Shown piece by piece: positions 35,932 to 45,883 of a stretch of 64,000 nucleotides of DNA (positions within the stretch are counted from its first letter, which is position 1; every line of letters begins with the position of its first letter). This stretch comes from Bacillota bacterium. GTDB taxonomy: Bacteria > Bacillota > Ch66 > Ch109. The notes beneath the pieces were generated by a model. The model saw only the letters and a list, made by a program, of their open reading frames with translations. It made no database searches and was not told the DNA's origin. The translations under genes and the position numbers were made by a program. The stretch is from contig JBMNLH010000004.1 of the NCBI GenBank assembly GCA_050952625.1, positions 160,001 to 224,000 of the forward strand, in the 5' to 3' direction.

Positions 35932-36178
35932 TCTGGGCACTGTCTCAACGAGGGGCTCGGTGAAATTGTACTACCGGTAAAGATGCCGGTTACCTGCGAC
36001 AGGACAGAAAGACCCCGTGGAGCTTTACTGCAACCTGATATTGGATTTTGGTAGGCAATGTACAGGATAGGTGGGAGGCAGAGAAGCAAGTCCGCCAGGA
36101 TTTGTGGAGCCAACGGTGGGATACCACTCTTTGTGTACTGAAGTTCTAACTCGGCCCTGTAAACCAGGGTGAGGACAT

Positions 36179-36214
<36 letters not shown>

Positions 36215-36370
36215 CAAAGCGTAACGGAGGCGCCCAAAGGTTCCCTCAGAATGGTTGGAAATCATTCGGAGAGTGTAAAGGCAGAAGGGAGCTTGACTGC
36301 GAGAGAGACATCTCGAGCAGGGACGAAAGTCGGGCTTAGTGATCCGGTGGTTCCGAGTGGAAGGGCCATC

Positions 36371-36407
<37 letters not shown>

Positions 36408-36436
36408 TATCTCGCCCAAGAGTTCATATCGACGGC

Positions 36437-36520
<84 letters not shown>

Positions 36521-36525
36521 TACGT

Positions 36526-36568
<43 letters not shown>

Positions 36569-36593
36569 TCGCAGGCGCAGGAAACTTGAGAGG

Positions 36594-36631
<38 letters not shown>

Positions 36632-36683
36632 GCTGGTGTATCAGTTGTTCCGCCAGGGGCAACGCTGAGTAGCTATGTTCGGG

Positions 36684-36715
<32 letters not shown>

Positions 36716-37028
36716 ACCGGCCTCAAGATGAGGTTTCCCATGGAGTCAATCCAGTAAGACCCCAGCAAGACTAGCTGGTAGATAGGCCAGGAGTGTAAGA
36801 ACAGCAATGTTTTGAGCTGACTGGTACTAATCGGTCGAGGGCTTGACCTAATCTTCTAGACATAAGGAGAGCAGAGATTGACAGACTAAGATATTCGCTG
36901 TGAAGTTTTGAGGGTTCAAAGTAGAAAGTAGAGAGAGGCGTCAGATGCAGATTGACGCGGACGCAGGTTAAAAGGCCTCAAAGAAGAGCATGCAATCTAA
37001 AATTAATCTAAAATTTAAGATTAAGATT

Positions 37029-37144
37029 TCTGGTGACGATAGCGGAGGGGAAACACCCGTTCCCATCCCGAACACGGCAGTTAAGCCCTCCAGTGCCGAT
37101 GGTACTTGGGTGGAGACGCCCTGGGAGAGTAGGTCGTTGCCAGG
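37029..37144 (+). rRNA. rrf: 5S rRNA
   Basis: TCTGGTGACGATAGCGG...CCCATCCCGAACACGGCAGTTAAG...GGGAGAGTAGGTCGTTGCCAGG. Confidence 0.97.
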
Positions 37145-37333
37145 ATATTTTAAAAGCCTCAGGTTTTTAGCCTGGGGTTTAATTTATTTTGTACATTAAA
37201 TTTTTGAACATTAATTTGAACATTAAATTAAAGCTAAAAAATCACATACACTTTTCTTTTCATTAATGAATTTCCATAATGCTCTGCTTATTAAAGACTT
37301 AAAGACCGGTAACGTTCAACTTTCCAAACAAAA

Positions 37334-37364
37334 AGGAAGCAAGAGGACCGTCCCCTTGCTTCCT
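37334..37364 (-). terminator. Terminator of the zinc-ribbon gene (REP-like GGGGACGGTCC loop)
   Basis: Minus strand AGGAAGCAAG-GGGACGGTCCT-CTTGCTTCCT-TTTT. Confidence 0.65.
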
Positions 37365-37380
37365 GAAAGCTTTAGTAACA

Positions 37381-37677
37381 TTAGTAACGTCTGAGATTAT
37401 TATAGCAGTCTCGGCAGTAGACCGGGCGGTCTCCACTTGGTCTAAAGGGAACCTGTGTCTCTTGACCACAAGTTGCACAAATTGTGGAGAACATTTCTCT
37501 TGGCCGGCGTCCAAAGCCGCTAGTGTTATTTCTGTTTTGTCTTCTTACAGCTCGACATTCAGGGCAGCGACCAGGCTCGTTAGTGAACCCTTTTTCTGCG
37601 AAGAATTCTTGCTCAGATGCAGTAAAGGCAAACTCATTACCACAATCCCGGCAGGTTAGGTACTTGTCTTGATACAT
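37381..37677 (-). CDS. Zinc-ribbon / CxxC-x17-CxxC domain protein
   Basis: DKYLTCRDCG.EF.FTASEQEFFAEKGF.NEP.RC..CR and CATCG....VPFRP...RPVYCRDC. Confidence 0.9.
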   Translation of the reverse strand: MYQDKYLTCRDCGNEFAFTASEQEFFAEKGFTNEPGRCPECRAVRRQNRNNTSGFGRRPREMFSTICATCGQETQVPFRPSGDRPVYCRDCYNNLRRY

Positions 37678-38125
37678 TAATAAATCCCCCTCAAGATATT
37701 CTTGCCCAAACAGTAATAAGGAACTCAGCCATCAACCCGTTCCCGAATTACCTCAGGGCAATTGAGAAGGAGATACAAGAAGTACCTTATTGGTAAATTG
37801 AGCTATAGCTATAGTATAACCAATTTAATACTTCTCGTATAGTCTTTTATTTAGATTTAACATTACATTATCCAATTTCCGAATGTCAACGAATATTTGA
37901 GCCGGTTGATCATGAATTTTTGAGCCACGGTGATCACTAATAAGTGAGCCACCTGTCAGTCATTAGTTTACTGTTCTTTGAAGAAGAAAAAGAAGAAATA
38001 CGTTCGTCGTAGAAGTTGTTAAGATGTGGTCAATGCGCAGCATTGTCCAAGCAGTTGTGGAGTTTGTGGGTAACTCCGAAGGAGTTATCCATCATAATCC
38101 ACATCTGCGGCATCTTAACAACCCA

Positions 38126-38851
38126 CTAACCATGATCCATCCGATAGGACGGATTGTTCATGTTCAAAATGTGAGACCGAAAAGTGAGCCGGTCCACCAG
38201 TGCTGCGATGAGCGTGGTATTTTCAAATAACTCTGTCCAGCGCGAGAATTCCAAATTGGTACTGATGATTACACTGCTTTTTTCCGCCCGGTCAGATATG
38301 ATTTTAAAGAGTAGTTCAGACTGATGGCGGTTAAAGCTGAGGTATGAGAGTTCATCAATTATAAGTAGTTCTGCCTTCTGCAGCTGACGTTCCAATTTTA
38401 GGAGTTCTTTGGTTTCCTTGGCCTCCACCAGCATGGTGGCTAGAGTGGCGGCGGTGATGAATTTCACTCGAAATCCTGCCTGGCAGGCTCGAAGGCCTAG
38501 GGCAATGCTTAAATGAGATTTGCCACTACCGGGGTTTCCGATCATCAATATGTTTTGCCGGTTACGAATATAGTCACAACTAGCCAACTGGTGAATATAG
38601 GCTTCTTCGATGTGTTTGAGCCGTTTAAAATCGAATTCTTCCAGGGTCTTCTCGCTAGGAAAGCCAGCCTGCTTAATTCGTCGTTTTTGCTGATTGACAC
38701 TGCGAGAAGCCAATTCCTGCTTCATCATCGCAATGAGAAAGTCTTCATACCCTAGCTGCCCTTGCTGGCGCAGCACTTCTTCGTAACGAGTAAAGCTGGG
38801 GACCCGGAGCTGTTTGGCATAAAAGGCTATTATCTCGCTTTTTAGGTTCAT
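38126..38851 (-). CDS. istB: IS21 helper ATPase IstB
   Basis: GNPGSGKSHL, LLIIDELSY, STN..FS.W and ALVDRL motifs. Confidence 0.95.
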   Translation of the reverse strand: MNLKSEIIAFYAKQLRVPSFTRYEEVLRQQGQLGYEDFLIAMMKQELASRSVNQQKRRIKQAGFPSEKTLEEFDFKRLKHIEEAYIHQLASCDYIRNRQNILMIGNPGSGKSHLSIALGLRACQAGFRVKFITAATLATMLVEAKETKELLKLERQLQKAELLIIDELSYLSFNRHQSELLFKIISDRAEKSSVIISTNLEFSRWTELFENTTLIAALVDRLTFRSHILNMNNPSYRMDHG

Positions 38852-40314
38852 TGGGCCACCACCCGGTACTTGCGATCATAGCTTGCCAGGTCAATCGGGC
38901 TGACCGGAATATCTTTGATGGTGGTCAGTTTTACTCGCTTTGGAGGGGCCAGTTCATTTTGCACTAGCTCGATGGTAGGGGTAATCCCTGCTGGCAACTG
39001 GTCTCTAACCGCCAGGATCCGGTCAAGACCATATTCGACGCTGAGTTTCAGCAGTTTAACCGTATCTTTGGCACCGCCAGGGAATGTCTTGCCCCAGTTT
39101 AACAGTTCATTGGCCGCTGATCGACGGACCGGTTTGGCGTGAAACACTGACCGCGGTTTTTGCTCCAGAAGTGGTAGGTAGTGTTCCAACTCAAAGGATG
39201 TTTCGCCTTGGCCATAGCAACGAGGATGCCAAGCAACCTGGTCTCCTTGGTGATAACAGACCAAGTGGTTACCGTAGGCTTTAAGGCTGACCATTTTACC
39301 GACTAGATTGACGGGGACGGAGTATTGGTTCCGTTCAAACCGGATCAGGCTGTCATCCCCGACCCGAACCGTCAGGCTTTTACTGGTATCGAAGACAAAG
39401 GCGGGCAACGGGTTCAAACAGTGCTTGTCCGTCAAGAACTGCTCACCTACAGTCTGATTTCGGCCTTGGATCTTATGGCTGCGGTATTTCAGGCAGGAGA
39501 GCCTTAATATTTCATTCAGTTCATCCAGGCTGTCCACTCGGGGCACAGGCACCAGCACATTTCGTCTGCACCAGCCAACCAGGTTTTCAACTAGACCTTT
39601 TTCGTTACCGCTGTTGATGTTGGTAAAGTGTATTTCAAAAGCGTAGTGGGCACTTAGTGCCTGATAGGTATTCTGAGGTTTGGCATGAAGCCCAAACCCT
39701 TCTTTTACAGCTACTCTGGCATTATCAAAAATCACCTTCCGAGGGACACCGCCGCAATGGGTAAAAGCAGCCAGGTGGCCCTCCAGAAAAGATTCCTGGT
39801 TTTGACGAAAGAAGGCTTTAACAAAGATGTCCGCACTGTAGCAGAGTCTAAAACAAAATAACTGAACCTTAGTCTTAACGTCCTTAAGATAAACCGAGGC
39901 TTCACCCCAGTCAACTTGGGCCGCCTCACCGGGATCAAACTCCAGTGGGACAAAAGCCTCTTTAACCGGTTGTTTCATCTCCCGAACGACGCGTCGAATG
40001 GTGGATTCTGCGCCGGTAAAGCCTTTTTCGTCTCTCAACCGTTCGTAGATGCGTCTAGCAGTATGGCGTTGCTTTGGTAAGTTCTCGGCTTGATCTTGGG
40101 CGAAACACTGACGAATAAAGTCTTTGACTTCTTGAGTGACAACAGATGACTCCCGTTCATAGGTCTGTCGTTCCCAGGGGACGCGATCACCTCCACAGTA
40201 CTTTTTGACAGTGTTACGTGAGATGCCCAGTTCTCGGGCAATAGCTCGTTGTGATTTGTTCTGGTTGACATACATATGCCGGATACGGCCATAAAGATCC
40301 ACGTCGATGATCAC
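38848..40314 (-). CDS. istA: IS21 transposase IstA
   Basis: N-terminal HTH (IARELGISRNTV), QVDWG, FDN and EKGLVEN DDE motifs; GTG start at 40314 after GGAGG. Confidence 0.95.
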   Translation of the reverse strand: MIIDVDLYGRIRHMYVNQNKSQRAIARELGISRNTVKKYCGGDRVPWERQTYERESSVVTQEVKDFIRQCFAQDQAENLPKQRHTARRIYERLRDEKGFTGAESTIRRVVREMKQPVKEAFVPLEFDPGEAAQVDWGEASVYLKDVKTKVQLFCFRLCYSADIFVKAFFRQNQESFLEGHLAAFTHCGGVPRKVIFDNARVAVKEGFGLHAKPQNTYQALSAHYAFEIHFTNINSGNEKGLVENLVGWCRRNVLVPVPRVDSLDELNEILRLSCLKYRSHKIQGRNQTVGEQFLTDKHCLNPLPAFVFDTSKSLTVRVGDDSLIRFERNQYSVPVNLVGKMVSLKAYGNHLVCYHQGDQVAWHPRCYGQGETSFELEHYLPLLEQKPRSVFHAKPVRRSAANELLNWGKTFPGGAKDTVKLLKLSVEYGLDRILAVRDQLPAGITPTIELVQNELAPPKRVKLTTIKDIPVSPIDLASYDRKYRVVAQ

Positions 40315-40521
40315 ACCTTTCGTCCTCCCTGTACATCGCTTCTGATTTATCAATTGTACAGGGGATTGGTTTGAGTGGCTCACTTATTCGTGATCATTAT
40401 TGATCACTTAGGTTGATAAGTGGCTCATTTATTCGTGATCACTAAGGACCTTTTTGGCTCACTTTTAGATTATCATTCACATCCAATTTACTATATTTAT
40501 AAAACATATTTATAAAACATT

Positions 40522-40635
40522 TTAGATAAAATTAAAAATGAGCAAGTTTAGGATTAATAGTTTAATAACGATACCCCCAATGAATAACCAGGGTTGTTCT
40601 CTATATCCACTAACCGATTTGTCATATTGTTTCAT
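40522..40635 (-). CDS. Putative 37-aa single-TM small protein
   Basis: AGGAGGT RBS 6 nt before ATG; MKQYDKSVSGYREQPWLFIGGIVIKLLILNLLIFNFI. Confidence 0.5.
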   Translation of the reverse strand: MKQYDKSVSGYREQPWLFIGGIVIKLLILNLLIFNFI

Positions 40636-40791
40636 GATGGATACCTCCTGCTGGTTTTATTGTACCAGCCATTTACCGTGTCCATCAAATTTGGTAAGGA
40701 TCAATTTAAGCCTTACCTTCATTATTTGTAAATTATATTTGCAAAAATAAATATATGCAGCTTAATATTCTAAGTATACTTTCAATTATTG

Positions 40792-40820
40792 TTGACAAAA
40801 ATAAATATTAGAGCTATAAT
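40792..40820 (+). promoter_or_regulatory. Consensus sigma-A promoter of the AAA ATPase gene
   Basis: TTGACA-N17-TATAAT. Confidence 0.8.
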
Positions 40821-40841
40821 GTAACAAAGGAAGGTGGGATT

Positions 40842-42290
40842 ATGGCGATTACAAGCAAGGAAGGCATTCTAAAAGTGCTGACAACCTATAATCCATGGTG
40901 GAAAACCGGAATCATGAATCCAAAGATGTCTAAGACTTATAAGAGATTTGCATTTTATGAGGCGATGAAGCGGCTGGAACAAAGGGATCTGCGCCGCACA
41001 GTTGTCTTGACCGGTACGCGTCGAGTCGGCAAGACCACTATCCAGTACCAGATGATTGAGGCACTGCTCAGTCGCGGTGTGGCACCGCAAAAAATAGTCT
41101 TCATTTCCATGGATCATCCTATGTTAAAGCTTGCCGGTTTCAACGAGATCCTGGAATGTTATCATGAAAGCATTTACGCCGAGCAGGACTGCTATTACTT
41201 CTTTGATGAGGTTCAGTATGCTCAGGACTGGGACAAATGGCTTAAAACAATTTATGATACTCAGCCGGATACGCAGGTGGTCGCCACAGGTTCAGCCAGT
41301 CCCGCCCTCATTGGGGGCAATCAAGAAAGCGGCGCGGGGCGTTGGACCGTTATCCAGGTTCCTACTATGTCGTTTTATGAGTACTGTGAATTGCTGGAGC
41401 TGGATCGTCCAGAGCTTCCTCAAAGCCTAAAGATCACGTCGCTGCTCTATAAGACGCAACAGGAGCGCACCCGAGTGATGGTGCAGCTTTCTAAGGTGCA
41501 GAATCATTTCAATCGTTATCTGCTGGTGGGGGGATTTCCGGAACTGGCGCTGTCGAACAACGACTTCATAGCACAGCAGATCATGCGAGAAGACGTGGTT
41601 GACAAGGTGCTAAAGCGTGACCTTCCTGCGCTGTATAACATCAGAAACGCCACTGAGTTGGAGCGGATATTCCTGTATCTATGCAATGTATCATCAGAGA
41701 TAGTTTCAATAGAGGCTATTGCCAAAGAACTTAGTGGTGTATCGAGGCCGACGGTCGAAAACTATATTCGATACCTGGAAAGTGCTAATCTGATTTATCA
41801 GAGCTGGCCGGTAGATATGGCGGGCAAAAAAGTACTGAAAGCCAGACCTAAAATATATATTGCAGATGCTGCTATTCGAAACGCCATTCTAATGGACGAT
41901 TCGTTGCTTACTGACCCAGTGGAGATGGGAAAGGTTGTTGAGACGGCGGTCTACAAGCATGTTGCGGCATTTTATTACCAACAGGCTACGTCCGTCGGCT
42001 ATTTCCGCGGCGGTAGAAAAGGAAAGGAAATCGATATTGTAGTGGATTACCCCAAAATAAAGAAGATCCTCATAGAGGTCAAATATCGAGAGGGTGCGCC
42101 CATTTCCGATGACGACGCGATTTCCGAGCTGTGTGGAGAGGCATTGGCTGCGATCATTGTAACCAAGAACGCCAGCGACTTTGGAATTCACAATACCAAG
42201 TCAGGAAAGGATATGATCCGGATTCCGGCATTTACATTCTTATATCTGCTGGGGCATGCAGAGAAGAACGGCTATAAAAGAATTGAATGA
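40842..42290 (+). CDS. AAA_14/DUF4143-type ATP-binding protein with a C-terminal PD-(D/E)xK-like motif
   Basis: GTRRVGKT, FFDEVQ, ATGS, YLLVGGFPE, KIYIAD and EIDIV...IEVKY motifs. Confidence 0.85.
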   Translation: MAITSKEGILKVLTTYNPWWKTGIMNPKMSKTYKRFAFYEAMKRLEQRDLRRTVVLTGTRRVGKTTIQYQMIEALLSRGVAPQKIVFISMDHPMLKLAGFNEILECYHESIYAEQDCYYFFDEVQYAQDWDKWLKTIYDTQPDTQVVATGSASPALIGGNQESGAGRWTVIQVPTMSFYEYCELLELDRPELPQSLKITSLLYKTQQERTRVMVQLSKVQNHFNRYLLVGGFPELALSNNDFIAQQIMREDVVDKVLKRDLPALYNIRNATELERIFLYLCNVSSEIVSIEAIAKELSGVSRPTVENYIRYLESANLIYQSWPVDMAGKKVLKARPKIYIADAAIRNAILMDDSLLTDPVEMGKVVETAVYKHVAAFYYQQATSVGYFRGGRKGKEIDIVVDYPKIKKILIEVKYREGAPISDDDAISELCGEALAAIIVTKNASDFGIHNTKSGKDMIRIPAFTFLYLLGHAEKNGYKRIE

Positions 42291-42366
42291 TAAGCAAATG
42301 TAATGGCAACTAAATAAAAAAGCCCTGCTAACCGTTACGGTCGGCAGGGTTTCGTGCTACCTGGAA

Positions 42367-42426
42367 TTATTCTTCCACATCCATCGTCACGCCGGACTTA
42401 AATACCACGGTGAACTGATCCTCGAG
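42367..42426 (-). pseudogene. C-terminal remnant of a large serine recombinase
   Basis: LEDQFTVVFKSGVTMDVEE* resembles clostridial serine-recombinase C-termini (..F.V.FKSG...dv..*); recognised by eye. Confidence 0.55.
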
Positions 42427-42666
42427 CAAATTGCATAACTGAAAACCTTTGATTTTATTGCTTTCTAGCCCCTGAAAAAAAGGAATTCACCCCTATGGAT
42501 GTAGAAATATTAGGTAAGCCCACCATAAACTCTACGACGCAAAGAGGCGAATTACCTTGTATATTCTACAACTATCGTTATTTTCCTTTGATGAATTGAT
42601 GAAATGTGAGCCAGAAACATGTTGCCAAAAGTAACTAAAATAAATATGAGAAAGGAATGAAGTATT

Positions 42667-43095
42667 ATGCTATGGAAAGATGAATATGAACTTGGCGTTC
42701 CATTGATAGATGCGCAGCATAAAGAATTATTTAGGCGCGTTGAATCGTTTTTGAAGGCATTGCGGTCTGAGGATTGCTGGAATGAGAAGATCCCGAAGAT
42801 AAATGAAACGCTGGAGTTTATGAAAAGATACGTTGTTGAGCATTTCCATGATGAAGAGGAATACCAGCGAAGTATCAATTATCCTGGATACGAAGCTCAT
42901 AAACAGATACATACCGGTATGATCAAATATGTGCAAGAGGTTTCTGAGCAATACGAACAAGCCAATGACAACGAGCATTTGATGCAACAGTTTGGGGGTA
43001 GACTGCTTGCCTGGCTGATTAACCATGTGGCCGCAGAAGATCAACGCATCGCGGATTATGCCAAAAAGAAAGGGATGAGCGGAAATGAAAGATAA
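42667..43095 (+). CDS. Bacteriohemerythrin
   Basis: W...YELG...ID.QHKELF, HFHDEE, YPGYEAHKQIH and WLINHVAAED motifs. Confidence 0.93.
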   Translation: MLWKDEYELGVPLIDAQHKELFRRVESFLKALRSEDCWNEKIPKINETLEFMKRYVVEHFHDEEEYQRSINYPGYEAHKQIHTGMIKYVQEVSEQYEQANDNEHLMQQFGGRLLAWLINHVAAEDQRIADYAKKKGMSGNER

Positions 43096-43534
43096 ACTTT
43101 ACAGAGCATTTGTCGATGCAACACGGAATGTATTTAAAATGATGCTTAACATTTCAGAGATTTCCGATCATCCGACAGAGGATTTCAAATGTGACGATGA
43201 GGTCGATATCGCCATCGGCATTATTGGTGACCTTCAGGGAGAGGTTATTTATCGATTTCCAGTCTCGACATCTCTTAATATCGTAAACATCATGAGCGGT
43301 ATGCAGTTTGAAGCGGTGGATACTTTCGTGACCTCTGCAATATCAGAGATTGCGAATATCATAAGCGGTAATGTCCTTACTGCACTTTCAGATAGCGGCA
43401 TGATCTGTAATATATTACCTCCGGTGCAAAGCAAGCTTGATGAAGAAAAGGAATATGAAATGAAAACAAGTTGCTGCATTTGCACAACGATCGGTGAGAT
43501 ATGTCTGGAAATAAGATTGAATCGGGCTTCTTGA
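43085..43534 (+). CDS. CheX-family chemotaxis phosphatase
   Basis: IGIIGDLQG and SAISEIANIISGN (E..N motif); overlaps the hemerythrin stop. Confidence 0.85.
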   Translation: MKDKLYRAFVDATRNVFKMMLNISEISDHPTEDFKCDDEVDIAIGIIGDLQGEVIYRFPVSTSLNIVNIMSGMQFEAVDTFVTSAISEIANIISGNVLTALSDSGMICNILPPVQSKLDEEKEYEMKTSCCICTTIGEICLEIRLNRAS

Positions 43535-43585
43535 ACTCTTGGAAACAGGCGTTAATGCTCCTCTAGATAAACAGGAGGGAAATAA

Positions 43586-43978
43586 ATGCAGGAAGTTTAT
43601 GAATTTCTCAAAAAATGCGGGGTATATTATTTGGCTACAGTCGAAGGAGATCAGCCAAGAGTTAGACCATTTGGTACAGTGGATATTTTTGAAGGAAAAC
43701 TATATATCCAGACGGGAAAGGTAAAGAAAGTATCTAAGCAGATCCAGGCAAATCCAAAAGTAGAGATCTGTGCTTATGCTGATGGAAAGTGGCTTAGAGT
43801 AACCGGTAAACTTATCAGAGATGACAGAGTAGAGGCCAAAAAACATATGCTAGATAATTATCCGGAACTTCAAGCTATGTATTCACCGGAAGATGATAAT
43901 ACAGAGGTTCTCTATTTTCAGGATGCAACAGCGACCTTCTATTCATTTACCGATGAGCCAAAGGTAATAAAATTTTAG
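43586..43978 (+). CDS. Pyridoxamine 5'-phosphate oxidase-like (NimC/NimA-like) flavin-binding protein
   Basis: YYLATVEGDQPRVRPF...K.VSKQI.ANPKVEI. Confidence 0.8.
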   Translation: MQEVYEFLKKCGVYYLATVEGDQPRVRPFGTVDIFEGKLYIQTGKVKKVSKQIQANPKVEICAYADGKWLRVTGKLIRDDRVEAKKHMLDNYPELQAMYSPEDDNTEVLYFQDATATFYSFTDEPKVIKF

Positions 43979-44284
43979 TATAGTTTTTGCTTTAAGCATC
44001 TACTTTCGTAGGTGCTATTTTTATGCCTATTTTTAGGAGCGATGCCTATAACTCATGTTCATTATGTCACTCTAAATCTTTTCGATTTATGACAACAGGA
44101 AACTATTTCCATAAAATAGGCGTTTAGTGATATTGGTTTGAGATAGATTTCTTATTGTTGATATGCTGAATGCAGATTATAGATAATATAAAAAGTAATA
44201 TTTAGTATGTACATACTAAAATATTAATGATATACTACTATTACCGGAAATGATTACACATTTGGATTAGGCAGGAGGAAAATC

Positions 44285-45868
44285 GTGAACCCATCAATAA
44301 ATATTTTTATTAATTCGTTTGCTGTGCGCGGTATTACCTCCCGAGAGCAATTATTGAACGAAATGCTACGCGTCAAACTTACGGCGCGAGCCGTGAAATC
44401 ACAGAAAAAATCTCTACAGGATGTAGCACAGCTTTTCGAATTAATGAAGCATTCTACCGAAAATACAATCCTGGGATACTTTCCGGGCGATAGGGATTTC
44501 TTTTCTTTTATATATAAGGTTGCACAAGAAATCAATCTTATTGAATTTACACTTAAGCTATACAAAAATGACCGTTTTGGACAGATATTCTCTCCAACTT
44601 ATTTGACGGAATATGTCTGTGGCCTGATAGATGATGCAGCATCGCAGTCAATACTTATTGCTGAAGCAGAAAAAGGCTTGTCGGGTCTTAAAAAATTGGT
44701 GGAGAAGCATCGGTCAAGCAATATAACCTTTACCACATCCAATATGCTTATGTTTATGCTTTTGCAGCTTGGATTTGAAGAATTTGAGAACGTAAGTATT
44801 CTTAATCAGTCGATATACCAGGAGCTACTTATTAACACCCGTTTTGACTTTATATATTCACTGCCTGATTTTGGCGGCAAGATTGAAGCCGTTAACCATA
44901 AATATATGTCCTCCAGACCGGATATTGTAGCAACACAGAATCTACTTGGGCATTTATCAGACAGGGGTACGCTGGTGACTGTGGTTCCTGCTAAGATTGC
45001 ATTTGCAAGTGGATCTGAAGCAAAGCTACGTGAGCATATCATAACTAATTATCAATTGGAGGGTATTTACAGTCTTCCTGAAGGCACTTTCAAGCCGTAC
45101 ACTGCCATAAAAACCTATATGCTTAAAATAGGTGTTGTAAAAAAGGATAATGTGAGCGTGGGATATTTCGGTTATGATAATGGTCTTTATGTCGATAAAG
45201 CGAAGATATTGGGGAGCAAAGATTTTGCTGCTCATGAGGATTGGCGAATTGAACTCATACTTGAAGATGATGATGAGAATATCAGAAAGTATAAGACATC
45301 AACTCTTGAAAGAGTTAAACTTCATGAAGTTGCAGAGGTTTTTAGGGGAAAATCAATCCTTAAAAAGGATGTTAAGCCTGGGAAAATCAAGGTGCTGAAT
45401 ATTTCAAACATTACTGATACCGGCATTGATTATTCCAATATGGACAGTATTGACGAAGAGGAACGAAAAATTAAAAGATATGAACTGATAGATGGAGACA
45501 TTGTCTTATCTTGCAGGGGATCAGCAATTAAAACGGGTGTATACCGTAAACAAAAAAGTATCGTTATCGCCTCGGCCAATCTTATCGTTATCAGACCCAA
45601 TAACAGGATCTTAAGCGATTATCTTAAAATATTCTTAGAGAGTCCTGTCGGAATAGCACTTATAAAAAGCTTCCAACGGGGGACAACCATTGTAAATATA
45701 AATCATACTGACATTATGGAAATGGAAATACCGCTGTTAAGTATCGAGGAGCAGACAGAGCTGGCGGCAAAGTATGCAAGAGAAAATGCGTTATATCAAG
45801 AGACTGTGGCCAGAGCTGAGAAACGTTATTTGGAAGAGAAGGAGAAAATTTATAATCAATTAGTGTAA
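44285..45868 (+). CDS. Type I RM-associated protein: degenerate N6-MTase-like region fused to one HsdS-like target recognition domain
   Basis: SLPDFG in place of NPPF, LPEGTF; C-terminal VAEVFRG...GDIVLSCRG...NLIVIR...YL..FL.S..G...I....GTT...I. Confidence 0.65.
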   Translation: MNPSINIFINSFAVRGITSREQLLNEMLRVKLTARAVKSQKKSLQDVAQLFELMKHSTENTILGYFPGDRDFFSFIYKVAQEINLIEFTLKLYKNDRFGQIFSPTYLTEYVCGLIDDAASQSILIAEAEKGLSGLKKLVEKHRSSNITFTTSNMLMFMLLQLGFEEFENVSILNQSIYQELLINTRFDFIYSLPDFGGKIEAVNHKYMSSRPDIVATQNLLGHLSDRGTLVTVVPAKIAFASGSEAKLREHIITNYQLEGIYSLPEGTFKPYTAIKTYMLKIGVVKKDNVSVGYFGYDNGLYVDKAKILGSKDFAAHEDWRIELILEDDDENIRKYKTSTLERVKLHEVAEVFRGKSILKKDVKPGKIKVLNISNITDTGIDYSNMDSIDEEERKIKRYELIDGDIVLSCRGSAIKTGVYRKQKSIVIASANLIVIRPNNRILSDYLKIFLESPVGIALIKSFQRGTTIVNINHTDIMEMEIPLLSIEEQTELAAKYARENALYQETVARAEKRYLEEKEKIYNQLV

Positions 45869-45883
45869 GGAGGATAAATAAAA

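Larger units (their letters stand above)
37878..40481 (-). mobile_element. IS21-family insertion sequence, 2604 bp, with a 7-bp target duplication TCCAATT
   Basis: istA-istB; multiple TGATCA..TGAGCC subterminal repeats at both ends; TCCAATT at 37871-37877 and 40482-40488. Confidence 0.93.
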
